NCBI GenBank assembly: GCA_032718475.1
Contig: JAUCBJ010008490.1
Span: 62,001 to 126,000, forward strand
Direction: 5' to 3'
Length of the DNA: 64,000 bases
Source: Nemertoderma westbladi
Lineage: Eukaryota; Animalia; Xenacoelomorpha
The stretch's first letter is position 1, and each line of letters begins with the position of its first letter. The position numbers and the translations under genes are program-made. Of the stretch, positions 58,408-64,000 are shown in pieces. The notes beneath the pieces were generated by a model. That model made no database searches and was not told where the DNA came from. It saw only the letters and a program-made list of their open reading frames with translations.

Positions 58408-61400
58408 CTTTACATTGAGATAGGTATTATTAGAAGGCACACTTTACAGTCAGATAGGTATCATTAGAAGGCACACTTTACATTGAGATCGGTATTATTA
58501 GAAGGCACACTTTACATTGAGATAGGTATTATTAGAAGCCTCACTTTACATTGAGATAGGTATTATTAGAAGGCACACTTTACATTGAGATAGGTATTAT
58601 TAGAAGGCACACTTTACATTGAGATAGGTATTATTAGAAAGCACACTTTACATTGAGATAGGTATTATTAGAAGGCACACTTTACATTGAGATAGGTATT
58701 ATTAGAAGGCACACTTTACATTGAGATAGGTATTATTAGAAGGCACACTTTACATTGAGATAGGTATTATTAGAAGGCACACTTTACATTGAGATAGGTA
58801 TTATTAGAAGGCATACTTTACAGTCAGATAGGTATTATTAGAAGGCACACTTTACATTGAGATAGGTATTATTAGAAGGCACACTTTACATTGAGATAGG
58901 TATTATTAGAAGGCACACTTTACATTGAAATTGGTATTATTAGAAGGCACACTTTACAGTCAAATAAGTATTATTAGAAGGCACACTTTACATTGAGATA
59001 GGTATTATTAGAAGGCACACTTTACATTGAGATAGGTATTATTAGAAGGCACACTTTACATTGAGATAGGTATTATTAGAAGGCACACTTTACATTGAGA
59101 TTGGTATTATTAGAAGGGACACTTTACATTGAGATCGGTATTATTAGAAGGCACACTTTACAGTCAGATAAGTATTATTAGAAGGCACACTTTACATTGA
59201 GATAGGTATTATTAGAAGGCACACTTTACATTGAGATAGGTATTATTAGAAGGCACACTTTACATTGAGATAGGTATTATTAGAAGGCACACTTTACATT
59301 GAGATTGGTATTATTAGAAGGCACACTTAACATTGAGATCGGTATTATTAGAAGGCACACTTTACAGTCAGATAGGTATTATTAGAAGGCACACTTTACA
59401 TTGAGATCGGTATTATTAGAAGGCACACTTTACATTGAGATAGGTATTATTAGAAGGCACACTTTACAGTCAGATAAGTATTATTAGAAGGCACACTTTA
59501 CATTGAGATAGGTATTATTAGAAGGCACACTTTACATTGAGATAGGTATTATTAGAAGGCACACTTTACATTGAGATAGGTATTATTAGAAGGCACACTT
59601 TACATTGAGATTGGTATTATTAGAAGGCACACTTTACAGTCAGATAAGTATTATTAGAAGGCACACTTTACATTGAGATAGGTATTATTAGAAGGCACAC
59701 TTTACATTGAGATAGGTATTATTAGAAGGCACACTTTACATTGAGATTGGTATTATTAGAAGGCACACTTTACAGTCAGATAAGTATTATTAGAAGGCAC
59801 ACTTTACAGTCAGATAGGTATCATTAGAAGGCACACTTTACATTGAGATAGGTATTATTAGAAGGCACACTTTACATTGAGATAGGTATTATTAGAAGGC
59901 ACACTTTACATTGAGATAGGTATTATTAGAAGGCACACTTTACATTGAGATAGGTATTATTAGAAGGCACACTTTACATTGAGATAGGTATTATTAGAAG
60001 GCACACTTTACAGTCAGATAGGTATCATTAGAAGGCACACTTTACATTGAGATCGGTATTATTAGAAGGCACACTTTACATTGAGATAGGTATTATTAGA
60101 AGGCACACTTTACAGTCAGATAGGTATCATTAGAAGGCACACTTTACATTGAGATCGGTATTATTAGAAGGCACACTTTACATTGAGATAGGTATTATTA
60201 GAAGGCACACTTTACATTGAGATAGGTATTATTAGAAGGCACACTTTACATTGAGATAGGTATTATTAGAAGGCACACTTTACATTGAGATAGGTATTAT
60301 TAGAAGGCACACTTTACATTGAGATAGGTATTATTAGAAGGCATACTTTACAGTCAGATAGGTATTATTAGAAGGCACACTTTACATTGAGATAGGTATT
60401 ATTAGAAGGCACACTTTACAGTCAGATAGGTATCATTAGAAGGCACACTTTACATTGAGATAGGTATTATTAGAAGGCACACTTTACATTGAGATTGGTA
60501 TTATTAGAAGGCACACTTTACAGTCAGATAAGTATTATTAGAAGGCACACTTTACATTGAGATAGGTATTATTAGAAGGCACACTTTACATTGAGATAGG
60601 TATTATTAGAAGGCACACTTTACATTGAGATTGGTATTATTAGAAGGCACACTTTACATTGAGATAGGTATTATTAGAAGGCACAATTTACATTGAGATT
60701 GGTATTATTAGAAGGCACACTTTACAGTCAGATAAGTATTATTATAAGGCACACTTTACAGTCAGATAGGTATCATTAGAAGGCACACTTTACATTGAGA
60801 TAGGTATTATTAGAAGGCACACTTTACATTGAGATAGGTATTATTAGAAGGCACACTTTACATTGAGATAGGTATTATTAGAAGGCACACTTTACATTGA
60901 GATAGGTATTATTAGAAGGCACACTTTACATTGAGATAGGTATTATTAGAAGGAACACTTTACAGTCAGATAGGTATCATTAGAAGGCACACTTTACATT
61001 GAGATCGGTATTATTAGAAGGCACACTTTACATTGAGATAGGTATTATTAGAAGGCACACTTAACATTGAGATCGGTATTATTAGAAGGCACACTTTACA
61101 GTCAGATAGGTATTATTAGAAGGCACACTTTACATTGAGATTGGTATTATTAGAAGGCACACTTAACATTGAGATCGGTATTATTAGAAGGCACACTTTA
61201 CAGTCAGATAGGTATTATTAGAAGGCACACTTTACATTGAGATCGGTATTATTAGAAGGCACACTTTACATTGAGATAGGTATTATTAGAAGGCACACTT
61301 TACAGTCAGATAAGTATTATTAGAAGGCACACTTTACATTGAGATAGGTATTATTAGAAGGCACACTTTACATTGAGATAGGTATTATTAGAAGGCACAC

Positions 61401-62452
61401 TTTACATTGAGATAGGTATTATTAGAAGGCACACTTTACATTGAGATTGGTATTATTAGAAGGCACACTTTACAGTCAGATAAGTATTATTAGAAGGCAC
61501 ACTTTACATTGAGATAGGTATTATTAGAAGGCACACTTTACATTGAGATAGGTATTATTAGAAGGCACACTTTACATTGAGATTGGTATTATTAGAAGGC
61601 ACACTTTACAGTCAGATAAGTATTATTAGAAGGCACACTTTACAGTCAGATAGGTATCATTAGAAGGCACACTTTACATTGAGATCGGTATTATTAGAAG
61701 GCACACTTTACATTGAGATAGGTATTATTAGAAGGCACACTTTACATTGAGATAGGTATTATTAGAAGGCACACTTTACATTGAGATAGGTATTATTAGA
61801 AGGCACACTTTACATTGAGATAGGTATTATTAGAAGGCACACTTTACATTGAGATAGGTATTATTAGAAGGCATACTTTACAGTCAGATAGGTATTATTA
61901 GAAGGCACACTTTACATTGAGATAGGTATTATTAGAAGGCACACTTTACAGTCAGATAGGTATCATTAGAAGGCACACTTTACATTGAGATAGGTATTAT
62001 TAGAAGGCACACTTTACATTGAGATTGGTATTATTAGAAGGCACACTTTACAGTCAGATAAGTATTATTAGAAGGCACACTTTACATTGAGATAGGTATT
62101 ATTAGAAGGCACACTTTACATTGAGATAGGTATTATTAGAAGGCACACTTTACATTGAGATTGGTATTATTAGAAGGCACACTTTACATTGAGATAGGTA
62201 TTATTAGAAGGCACAATTTACATTGAGATTGGTATTATTAGAAGGCACACTTTACAGTCAGATAAGTATTATTAGAAGGCACACTTTACAGTCAGATAGG
62301 TATCATTAGAAGGCACACTTTACATTGAGATAGGTATTATTAGAAGGCACACTTTACATTGAGATAGGTATTATTAGAAGGCACACTTTACATTGAGATA
62401 GGTATTATTAGAAGGCACACTTTACATTGAGATAGGTATTATTAGAAGGCAC
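58408..62452. repeat. Satellite B, distal segment
   Basis: 34-bp unit in constant register. Confidence 0.98.
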
Positions 62453-64000
62453 TACTACTACTACTACTAGGATCGGCATGCTGCATTGCAGCTGCATTTT
62501 TAAGAATGCTGTGCCGGCTTGTCAACAAAATTGCGCCGCCACAACTCCCTATCACCCATGACATTTGCTAGATCATCCGCATCTTTAAGGCCAGTGTCCT
62601 TTAAGATGCGTCTCAAGAAAGTCATGGGCTGTCCACCATGCTTATTCACTCCATGAGGCTGCCAAAGTACAAGATTATGCACTGGCTGGTCCTCACGGCG
62701 AAAGCAATGTCCTGCAAAGCGGAGGCGATTTTGTTCTAGTGTCAAGCTTGGGGGAACCAATGAGACGCCTCCAATGTTATATAGTGTCTGGTTGGAGATG
62801 TGTGCATTGTACTTGACACAATGTACCCGGCGTAGCATTCTTGTGAATGTGCCATCCAGAGATTTGGTGTCCTCAGCAGTTAGAGCCCAGCATGGACTCC
62901 CGTAGAGGAGTACTGGAACTACTGCTGCTCTAAATAATCGGACCTTAAGTTTCCGATTAATTCTAGGTGACTTCCAAATCCTGGAAAGCCTATTCAAGGC
63001 TGCCCATGCCTTTCCCTTACGTATTCGAAGGTCCTCACCTGACTTCCGGATCCATGATCCCAGGTAACAGAAGTCGTCCACATGCTCAAGCATACCATCC
63101 TTTGAGCTTATGCTCATCCGATCAGAGACTTGCTGAGGACTTTCAAAGTTAACTGTCAGAATTTTGGTCTTTCTGGAGTTAATAAAAAGACCAACACTAG
63201 AAGCAGCATGTTCTAATGAGCTGAGGAGCCGCTGGGCTCCCTCTAATGATTCTGAGAGTACTCCTAAGTCATCAGCAAAGTCTAGATCAGTTAGGTACTT
63301 GGCAGGATTTCCTCGACTTCTGGAGCCAGTAGGTGGAGTTATCATCACCCCATCATCATTATGATGATCTAAGGACATGCGTAGAACATAGTCAACCACA
63401 ATAATGAACAAGAATGGTGCAAGTGTGTCTCCTTGGAGGACGCCCCATAACACTTCAAATGGTTCTGTGTCACCGTCAACAGTAGACACAAATGTTGTCG
63501 AACCATCGTATACTGATCTGATTGCTGCAATAATTTCATCAGGAATCCCATATAATGAAAGTATGCTGAACATACGTGAGCGAGAGACTGAATCAAAGGC
63601 CTTGAAGAAGTCAACAAAGATAACAGCCAGATGCCTGTCTTTCTTTTTTGATAACTCTTCAATTATCCTTCTAAGTGCCAAAATGGGCTCCATGGTCCCA
63701 CGACCTTTACGGAACCCATTCTGATTTCCACGTAGCAGTCTCTCAATGGGATCCCTGATGCGATTTAATAGAATTCTATTGTATAGTTTTGCAGCAATCG
63801 AGATCAATGAGATTCCCCGAAAAGAACCATAGAGTGTTAGGTTGCCCTTCTTGGGAACTGGCACCAACTTATTTGTTTTCATTTCTTGTGGGACTCTTGT
63901 TGTACGGTACATGTCTACTATGATGGGATAGATGAGCTTTAAACACTCAGGTATTTTAAAGACCTCAGGGGGAACACCATCTACTCCACTGGCACGATTG
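62451..64000 (-). mobile_element. Non-LTR retrotransposon (RTE-like LINE), 3' part with (TAG)n tail; continues past the window end
   Basis: RT ORF, ~30-nt 3' UTR, and (ACT)6 on the plus strand abutting satellite B. No C-terminal CCHC seen. Confidence 0.9.
62500..63999 (-). CDS. LINE reverse transcriptase (partial; frame open to the window edge)
   Basis: ASGVDGVP, LVPVPKKG, FRGISL, QNGFRKGR, FVDFFKAFDSV, GVLQGDTLAPFLF, LDFADDL and FCYLGS motifs with no stops. Confidence 0.94.
   Translation of the reverse strand, partial: NRASGVDGVPPEVFKIPECLKLIYPIIVDMYRTTRVPQEMKTNKLVPVPKKGNLTLYGSFRGISLISIAAKLYNRILLNRIRDPIERLLRGNQNGFRKGRGTMEPILALRRIIEELSKKKDRHLAVIFVDFFKAFDSVSRSRMFSILSLYGIPDEIIAAIRSVYDGSTTFVSTVDGDTEPFEVLWGVLQGDTLAPFLFIIVVDYVLRMSLDHHNDDGVMITPPTGSRSRGNPAKYLTDLDFADDLGVLSESLEGAQRLLSSLEHAASSVGLFINSRKTKILTVNFESPQQVSDRMSISSKDGMLEHVDDFCYLGSWIRKSGEDLRIRKGKAWAALNRLSRIWKSPRINRKLKVRLFRAAVVPVLLYGSPCWALTAEDTKSLDGTFTRMLRRVHCVKYNAHISNQTLYNIGGVSLVPPSLTLEQNRLRFAGHCFRREDQPVHNLVLWQPHGVNKHGGQPMTFLRRILKDTGLKDADDLANVMGDRELWRRNFVDKPAQHS

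Overview
Eukaryotic (animal-type) heterochromatin-like window with no host genes. It holds two abutting tandem satellite arrays: satellite A (30/32-bp CpG-rich unit ACGGATATACGGATACTACGGATA[AA]ATCCGA, about 1-45.6 kb) and satellite B (34-bp unit ATTGAGATAGGTATTATTAGAAGGCACACTTTAC, about 45.6-62.45 kb). Satellite A carries two copies of one Ty3/Gypsy LTR retrotransposon of CsRn1 type (CHCC Gag, tRNA-Trp PBS, 4-bp TSD). The two copies come from a ~10-12 kb tandem duplication of a single insertion, and the first copy later lost its 5' end. The main finding is that this integrase ends in a recognisable PWWP (methyl-lysine/DNA reader) domain where chromoviruses carry a chromodomain, followed by a candidate RVxF PP1-docking motif. 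Satellite B carries a full-length BEL/Pao element, a non-autonomous hAT-like element (with a nested foldback element and a tRNA-derived SINE), and the 3' part of an RTE-like LINE. All three insert at the same sub-region of the 34-mer. All calls are from reading the sequence by eye; no searches were run.
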